From Naegleria gruberi (taxonomy: Eukaryota), in assembly GCA_000004985.1 (NCBI GenBank), contig GG738878.1: a DNA stretch of 64,000 nucleotides. The stretch is one strand, 5' to 3'. The position numbers were made by a program, and so were the translations under genes. Below, piece by piece: positions 31,721-43,224 of this stretch; the stretch's first letter is position 1; each line of letters starts with the position of its first letter. Below the pieces are notes generated by a model that was given only the letters and a program-made list of their open reading frames with translations, was not told where the DNA came from and did no database searches.

Positions 31721-32194
31721 TCAAAAGCTTTTTTTGCTCCTTCTTTCTCTTCTTGTTGATTTTCTCCAATTTTCTAAAACAAGATGGACAAAGACAAACC
31801 TTGACAGGCACTGTTTGACTTCACCATTTTCCTTATATGAAAAATTGAGAAGTGAGCTTTGTAATTCTTCCTTTTCTTCACAATTCAATGCTGCACAAAT
31901 GAGATCTCCCTTGCTTCTTAAAACTTCTGATTCTGTTCTCCAGCGCAGCCCAATTTTACCCTCCTTATATTTACTCAAATCGGCAATTGCATAATCCCTA
32001 AATAATTTCCTTTCATACTCCTTGGCTAAATTTTCTCCGTATTCATTGGGTTCCACATCCACATCCTCTTCCGAATTTCTAATAAATTGATAATGTTTTT
32101 TTAATAATTGCATATCGTTTTGATAGGTCGGAGCTGATGATGCCTCTGGCAGCCTATTCTTTTTTAAAAACTCCTCTCGTCTTGTGTTGTGCAT
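31721..32194 (-). CDS. FRA10AC1: FRA10AC1-family protein (C-terminal conserved domain only)
   Basis: KLFRDYAIADLSKYKEGKIGLRWRTESEVLRSKGDLICAALNCEEKEELQSSLLNFSYKENGE closely parallels the FRA10AC1 core (KLFKEYCIADLSKYKENKFGFRWRVEKEV...). Confidence 0.7.
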   Translation of the reverse strand: MHNTRREEFLKKNRLPEASSAPTYQNDMQLLKKHYQFIRNSEEDVDVEPNEYGENLAKEYERKLFRDYAIADLSKYKEGKIGLRWRTESEVLRSKGDLICAALNCEEKEELQSSLLNFSYKENGEVKQCLSRFVFVHLVLENWRKSTRRERRSKKSF

Positions 32195-32258
32195 TTTTTT
32201 GTAAAGTTGAATAATTATTGAAAGTGATAATTGTTAATTGTTGGACATTTTCATTGTT

Positions 32259-35200
32259 TTATTTGTGGTCTAACTTTTGTTTCATCATATCAATGAGCAT
32301 ATCAGAGTATTTCTCCAAAATATCCTTCGTTGAAGCTGCATTAATTTGCCAAGCTTTAGAAGAAAATGTAGCAGACATATTCTGCAGCAGTTTTGCAATA
32401 GCTTCTTTTGATTTGTTGATGGCTTCTACGTCCTTATTTTCTGAGTTATCCATATGGTCAATTATTGAGAGAGCATGAGTAAAAGAATGGGAAATTTGGT
32501 TGAGTTTAAGTACAAGGGTTAGTGGAATATCAGACATGTTTGGAATACTTTCAGTGAGATTAATTCTAGATGTGGTCAAATCGTTAGATGGTAATGTTGG
32601 TTGATTTGATGAGGCAGTAGTTGTGGTAGTTGTAGGGATTGAATGGTTATTGATTGTGGTGGAAGATGATGCTGTTGAGGAACTTTGGGTAGATGAAGGT
32701 TGGAGAGGTGGAAGATGATTGGTTTTTGGGAGTGGTTTTGGAGGCTGCTTTGATGGTTGACCAATGGCCTTTTTCAAAAATTGTGAGGTGACACTAATTC
32801 TTCCATCACCCAAAGGTGCTTCGAAAGGAGCAGAAAGACTTTCAAAATTCTTCATTAAGAAATCCTCTTGTACCTTTGGTTTTTCAGGAGGTTCCATTTC
32901 AAGCTTAATTACTGCAGTCTTTTCATCTTCATCATCTGACTCTTGTACGAGCTTGTCTTGAGATACCTTGTTGGCTGCCCTCACTAGGAAATCTGGAGAT
33001 TGTTCAGTATTGAAATAGACTACATCTTCCTCTACTGGATCGTCTGCTTCGTCATTAGAACTTGTTTCATCCTCTATAGCAGCTAATTTAAATTCTTTCT
33101 CATCTGCTCTATCTAACCATTTACTATTCTGAGGCTTTGATTCTACAGAGTTTAGGATTGCATTGATTTCATCACTTGTTTTGGTTTTCTTTTGTTTTGC
33201 CCATAATGGTAGTAATGTATCACGTGTTGATAACTCGACAGTGTGTTGAGGACTTTCAGGCATGAGATTTTTTGGTAATATGCTTTCGAATGGCTTATTC
33301 TTATTCAAAAGTTTGGTAATGTTAGGGGAGAGTCTCCACACAAAAATACATCCATCCCCTGATACTGAGATGATTCTTTTAGAGTCTTTGGAAAATTTTA
33401 CACCAGTTATGATTTCTGAATGACCACATACTCTCGATAAGCATTCACCTGTCTGCAAGTTGTAAAGCCTGATATATTTATCAGCAGAGCTGATAACAGC
33501 AAACTCTCCAGAATAGTCGCAACAAACTCTGATAGGTTCAGCTGATGGAAGATAGCTGTCAGCGGTTGATCTAGTGTCAACCTTAAAGCTTTGTTTAGAT
33601 TTGCACTTGTCTAACTCCCAAACACTAATCTTCTTATCCTGTCCAACTGATACAATTTCGTTTGTCTTGCTTACATCCAAATCAAAAATGGTTCCATTCG
33701 ATTGACTATTTTGATATCTTCTGAAAGTATATTCACCATTTGGATCTCTTTCAATCTTTCTAAATACAATAGATTTATCAGCACTGCAGCTGATAAGATA
33801 TCTGAAATTTTCATCCTTTGTAAATCTCACAGAAGTAACAGATGCCGTATGATCATCAAGGGAGGTTACCAATTTGAATAAGGAATTCTTGTATTGGAAA
33901 ATGTGAATAAGTCTATCTCTGCTACTTGTAGCAAATAGGATATCTGTAGAATCTTCAGGGTTCACACTAAAATCCATAGATAAAATTTCAGAGTCGTGAG
34001 CTACTTCAGAATATTCAATGGAAAAGTTTGTTGTTTGAAATATTTTGAGAACACCTTGTCTACTTCCGCAACCTATAAGATTACCATCCTCAGAAAACCT
34101 CACACTTCTTATTCCTTGTTCTCCATTAGGATTTGAAGGTTTATCCTCAATTGCGTGTAGCAAGTCCTTACAGAAAACATTTTTAGAAATGAAAGACTCT
34201 CCTCTTTCAATCTTTTCAGTGAGAGAAGTACTAGCTTCCACATTCCAAACTCTAACAGTATTATCACTCGAACAAGTAACAAATGATCCATGAGGTAAAA
34301 GTGAATTATTTTCAGGAAATAGATCAATATCCCAAATAGAATCACTGTGAGAAAGGAAACTTCTGTACTTGGCTATTCTTTGCAAATTACTAATGTCCCA
34401 AATAAAGAAGGATCTGTCACTGTAGACTGCACATACCTGTCGTGAATCAAGAAGTCTGCAAGCCACACAATTAATATCGTTTGAGTAGGACATTCCAGTG
34501 GTTAGTGGTGGTTTTGGTAATGTGCATTTGAATTTAAGGCTGGTTGGCTCAAACAGACGAACTGTTCCATTTGCACATCCACAACAAATAATATCTTCAT
34601 TGACACTAAGCGAGAATGCTGCTTTAACTTTCATATCCAGCCATTTAAGAATCTGTCTATTTTCGTTTAGTAAACACAAAATTCCATCCGAATTAACTGT
34701 ATACACCCCAGTTGACCCATCCTTGTGTTTCACTATATCAACACTAACAAAATTAGATTCCTTAAAATTCCCCAGAATACACCTAGATGTTTTTACCTCC
34801 ATACTACCATTTGGTTGTTGTTCAATTTGATGATATTTTACAAACTTGTCTCCAACTGTTACAAAAAATGCTCCATCATGTGAAAATGCAACATCATTGG
34901 TCTTTGGAATATCAGTAAATCTAATTATTCGAATTGAATACTTACCTTTCTAATATTTTTGATAGTATGTACAAGACTTCCTTTTTGAGAAGAAGCAGAA
35001 GATAATGTTGAAGCGTTAACACTTTGATTCATATTGGCAGAGAGATCCCACAACTTGATGGTACCATCATTTTCATCCCCAACACTGACAATATATTTTG
35101 CATCATTTGAAAATGCTAAAGAAGTAATTCCATATGAATGATTATCTTTCTTGAGCTCTATAGTTTTCTTTCCTGTTAAAACATCCCATATTACAATAGA

Positions 35201-35593
35201 TGGTTTTGATCCTTTTTCACCTGCTGCCAATAGTTTCCCATTCCTACTGAATTGAAGACAAGAGAAGGTTTTGTTTGATGATGAATTTTGTAAGAATTGA
35301 TATTGTTTGTTCTTTCTTGGATTGTAGCAAACTACCACATTTGCCGAACAATAGGCAACATATTTTGTTTGTGGATGAACTGAAAGCTTTGAATTAGAGT
35401 CGGTTGTTAAACCAATAATTTTTTCCAAAGTTATTCTAGAGCCACCCGATTGTGATGGTTGTGAATTTGATGATGCAGCTACACTTTGTTTTCGCTTCTT
35501 TGATGATTGACTAATGGATCCGCTACCACTTTGTGTGATCGTTCGTTTCAGAGAGGTTGGAGTGGCAGAAGGATGCGGTTGAGGACCAATCAT
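32259..35593 (-). CDS. WDR62: WDR62/MAPKBP1-family WD40-repeat protein (~1096 aa); 2 exons (35593..34946, 34901..32259), 44-nt intron
   Basis: Strong colinearity with WDR62/MAPKBP1 (HGSFVTCSSDNTVRVWNV; SSRDRLIHIFQYKNSLFKLVTSLDDHTASVTSVRF; CSADKSIVFR; GHSEIITGVKFSKDSKRIISVSGDGCIFVWRL; LPLWAKQ). GTAAGT donor at 34945 and acceptor ccaaag at 34902 restore ...NIRK|TNDVAFSHDGAFFVTVG. Confidence 0.85.
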
Positions 35594-35821
35594 GATTTTT
35601 TTTAAAGTTGTTTTTTATTTAAATTTTGGCGCCAACTTTTTTAACGAATGGATTGCATTCAAAATTGTTGAAAATATCAAGTTCTGCATTTAGCATAGGA
35701 GATTGGAATTCAAACCAGCACCATTCGAATGAAAACTTTTTAATTGGAAATATTTCACAATTTGTTTAAAAAATATTAAATTACAAATAAGAATAATAAA
35801 AAAATATTATATTGAAATAGA

Positions 35822-36829
35822 TTACATGTTAGTTGATTGATAAGATTTGTTATCCTTCTTTCTTTCTTCCAAAAGACATTCAACATAGGCCTGAAGAGTA
35901 CGAGAAATATCTCTACCATGTGGAGTAGCAAATTGGAACTTTTGTTTGGACAAGACTCCTGAAACGAAAGCAAAAGCATTTCTCTTATAGGCCCATGAAT
36001 AGATATCTGAATAACGTTGAGTAAGAATTGGTTCCTTGGTTCCTAACTTTAACAATTGAATTCCATTAGAATTGACTGCAAGAATAACTTGATCAGGTAA
36101 ATTTGCTTGATCCTTATTAACAGTTTGTACAGTCCAGAAAGTACTTCCATAAAAACTCCAATTACGAACATAATTCAAGTAGTGCAACATGGCATCTTCC
36201 TTCTTTAAACCAATCAAACGAGCATGTTCTTGGAAGACATCCTTTTCCCAATCTTCTAATTTACGATTTGATTGAAGGAGAGGAGCAGGAATAAAACGAC
36301 CAATCTTATCCTTCAAAAAACCTTGAATGTGTTTCTTCTTATTGTGATCACCAAAAGTAACTTGCATATTAAGACCAGCTAATTCAATAGCAGCCGATTG
36401 ACTACATGGATAAGTACCATCTCGAACATCAGCAACAGCTTGAATAAAACTATAATTCAAAAACTTTTCTTGTTCACGTGGAATTGCCTTGTGCTTTAAA
36501 AAGACTCTTCTCTTGAATACTAATTTAGAGTCCTTCTCCCAGTCTTTCTTTAATTTTTCCCATTCTTGTTTATCATTCACATACTTTTGAAAGTCTGCAT
36601 CAGAACCAACAGTTTCATAGACCATCAATTTGCACGGTTGTTCATCATCATCTAAACATCTACACTCTCCGTTCTTGTAGAAAAAGAGCGCAAAAGTTTC
36701 ACGTTGTTCCAATTCAATCTTATCAGCGACAACAATTGATAAATCACGAGCACTGATGGTTGGACTAACGGCAATGGTTTTGAAGGAATCATCTACAAAG
36801 TAGACACGAATAACTAATTTAGAATCCAT
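35822..36829 (-). CDS. Stand-alone FERM-domain protein
   Basis: 335-aa ORF. Ubiquitin-like F1 lobe (LVIRVYFVDDSFKTIAV). F2 (FLNYSFIQAVADVRDGTYPCSQSAAIELAGL). F3 PH-like end. Confidence 0.55.
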   Translation of the reverse strand: MDSKLVIRVYFVDDSFKTIAVSPTISARDLSIVVADKIELEQRETFALFFYKNGECRCLDDDEQPCKLMVYETVGSDADFQKYVNDKQEWEKLKKDWEKDSKLVFKRRVFLKHKAIPREQEKFLNYSFIQAVADVRDGTYPCSQSAAIELAGLNMQVTFGDHNKKKHIQGFLKDKIGRFIPAPLLQSNRKLEDWEKDVFQEHARLIGLKKEDAMLHYLNYVRNWSFYGSTFWTVQTVNKDQANLPDQVILAVNSNGIQLLKLGTKEPILTQRYSDIYSWAYKRNAFAFVSGVLSKQKFQFATPHGRDISRTLQAYVECLLEERKKDNKSYQSTNM

Positions 36830-37326
36830 TATTGTTTGTTATTTATATATTAATATTAATAGTATGAGGATGTTAATGTTGATGGGAAATTTTGATGAAA
36901 GTGTGTTGTTGTTTTAGTAGTAAAATAAAATTGTTGTGATTATTACTAATAGGATGATGTTGGTAACACTTTGATCAATTTTTTTTGTGATGAGTTGACA
37001 TTTGACAGTAAAATGACTCATCCATAGTTCTTCAAGTGACTAAACGTTATTGCCATTGTTATTTGTATGGCAAGGTGTGATCTTTATCCTTCACTGACTA
37101 AAACAACGTCTCTTTGTAAATTACATAATTCAACACTTTACAATGTTCAATAATTAAGTAAATGTTTATAATGAAATTACAAATATGAATATGCTTTGTT
37201 ATTGTTACTTGTCATATTCTATTTTTATTTTAAAAAAAAATATGAAACAATTTTATGTAGGTTTTTTGGGCATGAACCTCTGATTAAGATGATCATCAAT
37301 TAAAGAGTGCAGGAAATAATGCAAGT

Positions 37327-38452
37327 ATGCAATTGGCTCGGGTTGCTGATGTGAATGATCGTCAAGTATTTAAGCCTTGTACGTTGATTGATGATCAGGA
37401 GAGAGTTTTGAGGATGTATTGTGGTCGTTCTCATGTTCTCTATGAAAGTAAGTTGTTGTCTCTTTTGAAATATTGGATCTAACTATGTATTCCGAAATTT
37501 GTTCATATTTGTGCACATTCATATTTAAATAATTATTATATATTTAGCTAGGGACGGATCTTTGATAAGTTTTGGAAGAAACGACTATGGTCAATGTTCC
37601 ATTCATGAAAAGGAGGTTAATCGTCCTGTGCCAGCACTGTATAAAACCCGAACAGGTGCTGTTCAGCAAGTCAAATATCCAAAGTTTTTCTCAACTGGGT
37701 GGTTTCATTCATTGTTGGTAAAGGATGAAAGATTGTATGCTTGTGGATACTTTTCATATTCCCCAATGAGTGGTCATGTTATATTTAATGATGTGACAGA
37801 TATTGTGATTAAGGTACCATTTAAAGAGATTACATTTGTGGGTTCTGGAGATCATGTTTGTACAATAGTTGTTGATAATTGTAGAATTATTCAAATGAAT
37901 ACGAATTTAGAGGTATATAATGTAGATAATTTGAGAGAAATATGTGCATACAAGAGTGGATTTTGCTATATTTCTACAGGTGGAGTAATATATCAACCTG
38001 AGGGTAACAATATTGTACAAGCAAAGGAATATTCGAGTTTTGGATGCTATGACTTGAGGACGACAGCAGTTGGCGGTTTTTCCTTCAAATCAAGAAAATT
38101 GGAAAAGTCTATCATTGGAACAGATGAATATTCACTGGATTGCAATGTCTACTCATCATTTTGCTCACATTTTGTCTATAATACGAAAGAGAGAAAATTA
38201 TATGCGTACGGTTCCAATAGTGATCATCAACTTGGAGTAGGCACAGCAAGTGCTGCTAAAGGTTCGGAGGTTTCCTCAATTAATCAAATTCTTTCAGATA
38301 ATTCCAACTGGGATATTTTAGATATTCATTCTGGATGTGATTTCACAATTATTTCAATAGGAGTTCCATACTCGAAGAATGTCATTAGATTTAAAAATAA
38401 CTTATTGAAGAACGCTAATGCATCATTGCTGACTGATGTCAAGTTTCTCTAA
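37327..38452 (+). CDS. RCC1-repeat (regulator of chromosome condensation-like) protein; 2 exons (37327..37447, 37548..38452), 100-nt intron
   Basis: RCC1-like GRNDYGQCS, LYACGY, YAYGSNSDHQLGVG. GTAAGT donor at 37448, acceptor tatttag at 37547. Frame joins into track ORF 37562..38452. Confidence 0.6.
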
Positions 38453-38689
38453 GTATCTATATGGTTAGTGTGAAAAAGAACTTGGTTTGTAAACTATTCT
38501 TTAGCAGTGAAAACCAAATCCAGATGCAAATGGTCTGTCATTTAGTACAAAATCCTCAATTCCCCAATATATATTTTCAGATTCAAAGTGAATATTTCCA
38601 ACTTCTTCAACCTTTCTTATTTCCCATATATTAGCAGAATTAATTATTAAGGAAAATTTTAAAAAACATTCTTTTAAAATTAAACAAAA

Positions 38690-40216
38690 ATGTTGCACGC
38701 TTTCCACAAGCCTCTGCAAGTAAACAGAAATGGAACACAAATATTCCTATTGTTGTGTACAAAAAAGAAGCCGATAGCAACAAGAACGTTCGCGAATACT
38801 TTTATATTGTCCTCGTCGGTTCCTTCTAAAGAGTTGTTGTGGAACAAGAACATTTCCATTGATGATAAAATTAAATTCTACAGAACATTTAAAACAAATA
38901 ATCATGATTTATTGGAAATGATTGACATTTGCTTGCTGGTGGCAAATTGTTGTTCCATGATGAAGAGTGAGAAGGAATTTAAAGAGTGTTTATTGGATTT
39001 AAAAAGTTATTGTTCACAATTAAGCGATCAAACAGAAAAAAAAGTGAATGAAAAATCATGGAATTTTATAATTCAACATTTTTGTAAAGAACAAACATTT
39101 CATTCCTATGCCATTTATCTATTTAAAAGAGTTATGCAAGAGAAACAATTAGCATGTCCCAATTTATTTACATTAACTGCCATACTTAAAGTTTGCTCTG
39201 TAGGTAATACCCAAGTTGAATTTTGTGAACAAATTGTTAATGAATTAGAGCAACATGGCGCAATGAATGTATTTTTATACACTCACTTTATTAATAATTG
39301 TATTTGGAATGATGATTTGGAAAGAGCATTAGCAATTGTGTTGAATATGAAAGGCAAAGATATTGAACCAAACTATGCAATTTATATCCCACTTTTAAAA
39401 GCAGCCACTGTTAAGAAAAACATTCAAGTTGGAATGACACTTTACCAACTTGTAAAAAAGAGTAATTTAGCAAGTCCTCAATTATCAACGACAATTATAT
39501 CATTTGCATTGAAATTAAGAAAACCAGAGTTGGTAATAGAAGAAATTGAATTAGTGAAACAACAAAAATGGATGACAATCATAACATGGAATAGTTTAAT
39601 TCAAGCATATATTCAAGAGAACAATATTAAGAAAGCGATTGATGTTATTCATGAAATGAAAGATAATGGTATTTGTCCAGATTCGGCAACTTTTAACATT
39701 CTCATAACAGCTTGTGCTAATACCAAGTTATTTGCAGAAGGAAAGTTGATTCACAAAATTACAACTAACACTTTGAAAGATAATTGCTCTGTTGAACTAT
39801 TGACATCCATTATTAATTTTTATACAAAATGTGGACATCCAGAGATTGCAATCAACGAATGTGAAAAGATGAAATCAAAGGGATTAATGAATGTTGTTTC
39901 TTTTACATGTCTAGTTGAAGCATACATTCAAATAAATGAAATACAAAAAGCCATCGACACAGTTACTGAAATGAAACAATTCAAGGTTACTCCAAACGCT
40001 ACCACATTCTCCATTTTGCTTACCGCATGCGCTAAGTTGAAATTATATAAGGAGGGAATATTGATTCACAAAATTGCAAATAATACTTTGAGAGATAATA
40101 GCTCTCTTAAACTTTTGACATCAATTATTAATTTTTACACAAAATGTGGACATCCAGATATTGCAATTAATGAATGTAAAAAGATATCAAAAAGTATTAT
40201 GGATGGAATTGTTTAA
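38690..40216 (+). CDS. PPR (pentatricopeptide repeat) protein, N-terminal part with mitochondrial-presequence-like start; frame lost at ~40190 and continues in ORF 40273..43038
   Basis: MLHAFHKPLQVNRNGTQIFLLLCTKKKPIATRTF presequence-like. Then 35-aa PPR motifs (ITWNSLIQAYIQENNIKKAIDVIHEMKDNGICPDSATFNILITACAN...). Ends where a 13-nt deletion relative to sister repeats shifts the frame. Confidence 0.6.
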   Translation: MLHAFHKPLQVNRNGTQIFLLLCTKKKPIATRTFANTFILSSSVPSKELLWNKNISIDDKIKFYRTFKTNNHDLLEMIDICLLVANCCSMMKSEKEFKECLLDLKSYCSQLSDQTEKKVNEKSWNFIIQHFCKEQTFHSYAIYLFKRVMQEKQLACPNLFTLTAILKVCSVGNTQVEFCEQIVNELEQHGAMNVFLYTHFINNCIWNDDLERALAIVLNMKGKDIEPNYAIYIPLLKAATVKKNIQVGMTLYQLVKKSNLASPQLSTTIISFALKLRKPELVIEEIELVKQQKWMTIITWNSLIQAYIQENNIKKAIDVIHEMKDNGICPDSATFNILITACANTKLFAEGKLIHKITTNTLKDNCSVELLTSIINFYTKCGHPEIAINECEKMKSKGLMNVVSFTCLVEAYIQINEIQKAIDTVTEMKQFKVTPNATTFSILLTACAKLKLYKEGILIHKIANNTLRDNSSLKLLTSIINFYTKCGHPDIAINECKKISKSIMDGIV

Positions 40217-41850
40217 TTCAAGCATATATTCAAAATAAGGAAGTTCGACAGGCAATTGAAATAATCACAGAAATGCAAGATTATGGTGTTGAACCAAACT
40301 CTACCACTTTTAACATTTTACTCACAGCGTGTGCTGATTCAAAATTGTTTGAAGAAGGAAAGGCAATTCACAAACTTGCAACTGGCACCTTGAAAGATTA
40401 CTCTTCTGAACTTTTAGCATCTATTGTCAACTTTTACACAAAATGTGGACATCCAGAAACAGCCATTAAGGAATGTGAACAATTGAAATCGAAAGGATTA
40501 ATGAACAATATTGTTTGGAATTGTTTAATTCAAGCATATATTCAAAATAAGGAAGTTCGACAGGCAATTGAAGTAATCACAGAAATGCAAGATTATGGTA
40601 TTGAACCAAACTCTACCACTTTTAACATTTTACTTAAAGCATGTGCTGATTCAAAATTATTTGAAGAAGGTAAATTACTGCATCAAGCATCTGGTCAAGT
40701 GCTCAATAATCCTACAATAGAGTTGAACAATAGTATAATTAATTTTTACACAAAATGCGGACATCCAATAATAGCTATTGATCAATTTGAAAAGATGAAA
40801 ACCAAAGGATTTGAGGCAAATGTTATTACTTGGACGTGTTTAATTCAAGCACACGTTCAAAATAAGGAAGTTCGACAGGCAATTGAAGTAATCACAGAAA
40901 TGCAAGATTACGGTATTGAACCAAACTCTACCACTTTTAACATTTTACTCACAGCGTGTGCTGATTCAAAATTATTTGAAGAAGGTAAATTGATTCACGA
41001 ACAAGCAATAGAAAATGTTAAAGATTGCTCTACTGAACTTTTGACATCAATTATTAATTTTTACACAAAATGTGGACATCCAGAAACTGCCATAAAGGAA
41101 TGTGAAAAATTGAAATTGAAGGGATTAATGAACAATGTTGCTGTTTGGAATTGTTTAATTCAAGCACATATTCAAAACAATGAGGTCCAAAAGGCAATTG
41201 AAATAATCACAGAAATGCAACAATTTGGATTGAACCCTGATTCTACAACCTATACTATTATACTTAAGGCATGTACTGATTCAAACTTGTTTGAAGAAGG
41301 GAAGTTTATTCATGAACAAGCAATAGAAAATGTTAAAGATTGCTCTACTGAACTTTTGACATCAATTATTAGTTTTTATACAAAATGTGGACATCCAGAG
41401 GTGTCAATTGGAGAATGTGAAAAATTACAATCGAAGGGATTAATGAACAACATTGCTGTTTGGAATTGTTTAATTCAAGCACATATTCAAAATAACGAAG
41501 TTCAAAAATCAATTAAAATAATCACAGAAATGCAAGATTATGGTATTGAACCAAACTCTACCACTTTTAACATTTTACTCACAGCGTGTGCTGATTCAAA
41601 ATTATTTGAAGAAGGAAAGGCAATCCACAAACTTGCAACTGGCACCTTGAAAGATTACTCTGCTGAACTTTTAGCATCTATTGTCAACTTTTACACAAAA
41701 TGTGGACATCCAGAGGTTTCAATTGAGGAATGTGAACAATTGAAATCAAAGGGATTAATGAACAATGTTGCTATTTGGAATTGTTTAATTCAAGCACATA
41801 TTCAAAATACAACAAATACCCAAAACCCATCTACAATAGAATATGGACTG
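39590..41850 (+). repeat. Tandem array of ~7-8 near-identical ~315-bp units (each = 3 PPR motifs) inside the PPR-DYW gene
   Basis: Unit boundaries at the recurring string ggaattgtttaattcaagcacatattcaaaat at ~39590, 40205, 40515, 40830, 41145, 41460, 41775. Inter-unit DNA identity visibly >85-90%. Confidence 0.7.
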
Positions 41851-43038
41851 AACAAAGCAATGGTGGTTTTTAATGAGATGAAGGAACATATTGAACCCGA
41901 TAAGATAACCTACCTCATATTGTTGGCTGGATGTGGAGAATATGTTGCGAGAAAGATGGGACTGGATATTATTGATGAACTCAAACTAAAAGGAATGGAT
42001 GTTCATGAGGAGATAGTCAGTGTTATGATCTACTTTTATTCAAGAATTGCTTATCAATCAACTGCACAACAACTATTTGAAAAGCTTGTCGAAGAATCAG
42101 CCCAAAAACGTCTATCCATCATAACATATAATAACATGTTGTCATGTTACGCTCAACATGGAAAAGGAACACAAGCCATGAATTTATTTAATGAAATGGT
42201 TGATAAGAACGTTGAAATGAACGAGCAAACATTCACAATCATGCTGAACACATTTTCACATTGTGGAATGATTGATGAGGCGAATCAACTTTATGGAGAA
42301 ATGAAGACAAAATACAACCATAATCCATCAGTAATTGTAGACTGTGTAATGGTTGATGTCTTTGCCCGTTCAGGAAGATTTCATGAGGCAGAAAAAATAA
42401 TTAACGAAAGAATGAATTATTCTTTGTGGAGTGCTCTACTGGCAGGATGTAGAAAGTTCAATAATGTTGAGCTTGGTGAAAAGGTTTTTAAAATATTGCT
42501 TAGTATTGATGAAAAAAAAGCTCCACCATATATATTATTATCGAACATTTATACTTATTATGGGTTGAATGAAAAAGCTGACAATATAAGACAATTAATG
42601 ATTGAAAATGGAATTAAAAAGATACCAGGAATTGTGTATCAGGAAGAAGATGGTAAATCATACCAATTTGTTTCTGGATCAAAAAAATATGAAAGATTTA
42701 AGGAAATTGAGAAAATGAGAGAGGAGATTTACAGAAAAATAATCCAAGCTGGTTTTGAGCCAGATACTAGATGGGTAACTAACTCAAAATTATTAACTGA
42801 AGAAGAAAAATTAGATTCACTTTGTAGACATGCTGAGAAGACAGCAACAGCTCATGCATTTGTTTTGAATCCAAAGAGAAAATCAATTATTTTAGCGGCA
42901 AATCTTCGTGTTTGCAATGATTGTCATACTGCCACAGAATTCATTTCAAAAGTGATGGATGTTGAAATAATTATTAGAGATGCAAATAGATATCACCATT
43001 TTAAAGATGGTAAATGTAGTTGTGACGGATATTGGTAA
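40273..43038 (+). CDS. PPR-E-DYW protein (plant-type organellar C-to-U RNA editing factor); in-frame coding continues upstream to ~40203, so probably the same gene as 38690..40216
   Basis: ~20 PPR motifs followed by an E domain and canonical DYW deaminase end: HAEKTATAHAFVLNPKRKSIILAANLRVCNDCHTATEFISKVMDVEIIIRDANRYHHFKDGKCSCDGYW. Confidence 0.8.
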   Translation: MQDYGVEPNSTTFNILLTACADSKLFEEGKAIHKLATGTLKDYSSELLASIVNFYTKCGHPETAIKECEQLKSKGLMNNIVWNCLIQAYIQNKEVRQAIEVITEMQDYGIEPNSTTFNILLKACADSKLFEEGKLLHQASGQVLNNPTIELNNSIINFYTKCGHPIIAIDQFEKMKTKGFEANVITWTCLIQAHVQNKEVRQAIEVITEMQDYGIEPNSTTFNILLTACADSKLFEEGKLIHEQAIENVKDCSTELLTSIINFYTKCGHPETAIKECEKLKLKGLMNNVAVWNCLIQAHIQNNEVQKAIEIITEMQQFGLNPDSTTYTIILKACTDSNLFEEGKFIHEQAIENVKDCSTELLTSIISFYTKCGHPEVSIGECEKLQSKGLMNNIAVWNCLIQAHIQNNEVQKSIKIITEMQDYGIEPNSTTFNILLTACADSKLFEEGKAIHKLATGTLKDYSAELLASIVNFYTKCGHPEVSIEECEQLKSKGLMNNVAIWNCLIQAHIQNTTNTQNPSTIEYGLNKAMVVFNEMKEHIEPDKITYLILLAGCGEYVARKMGLDIIDELKLKGMDVHEEIVSVMIYFYSRIAYQSTAQQLFEKLVEESAQKRLSIITYNNMLSCYAQHGKGTQAMNLFNEMVDKNVEMNEQTFTIMLNTFSHCGMIDEANQLYGEMKTKYNHNPSVIVDCVMVDVFARSGRFHEAEKIINERMNYSLWSALLAGCRKFNNVELGEKVFKILLSIDEKKAPPYILLSNIYTYYGLNEKADNIRQLMIENGIKKIPGIVYQEEDGKSYQFVSGSKKYERFKEIEKMREEIYRKIIQAGFEPDTRWVTNSKLLTEEEKLDSLCRHAEKTATAHAFVLNPKRKSIILAANLRVCNDCHTATEFISKVMDVEIIIRDANRYHHFKDGKCSCDGYW

Positions 43039-43224
43039 GGAGGATCAGATCTAGCATGACAATAGGTGCATAAATGAATCATGTTATTAAGACTGAACAC
43101 TACAAACTATCGATGTTATTGGAATAGCATAACAGACAATTTTCAATATTGATATTGGCATCGTTTTTGGAACGAACATAATTAGTTTTTAGGAATGCGA
43201 AACTGAACTAGTTCAGAAATTACT

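Noticed and set aside
40273-40275. ATG at 40273 as the start of an independent PPR-DYW gene
   Set aside because: It lies inside a PPR motif (..AIEIITEMQDYGVEPN..) that is repeated in frame in every sister unit. The open frame extends ~70 nt further upstream to the deletion point. It is more parsimonious that this is a continuation of 38690..40216.
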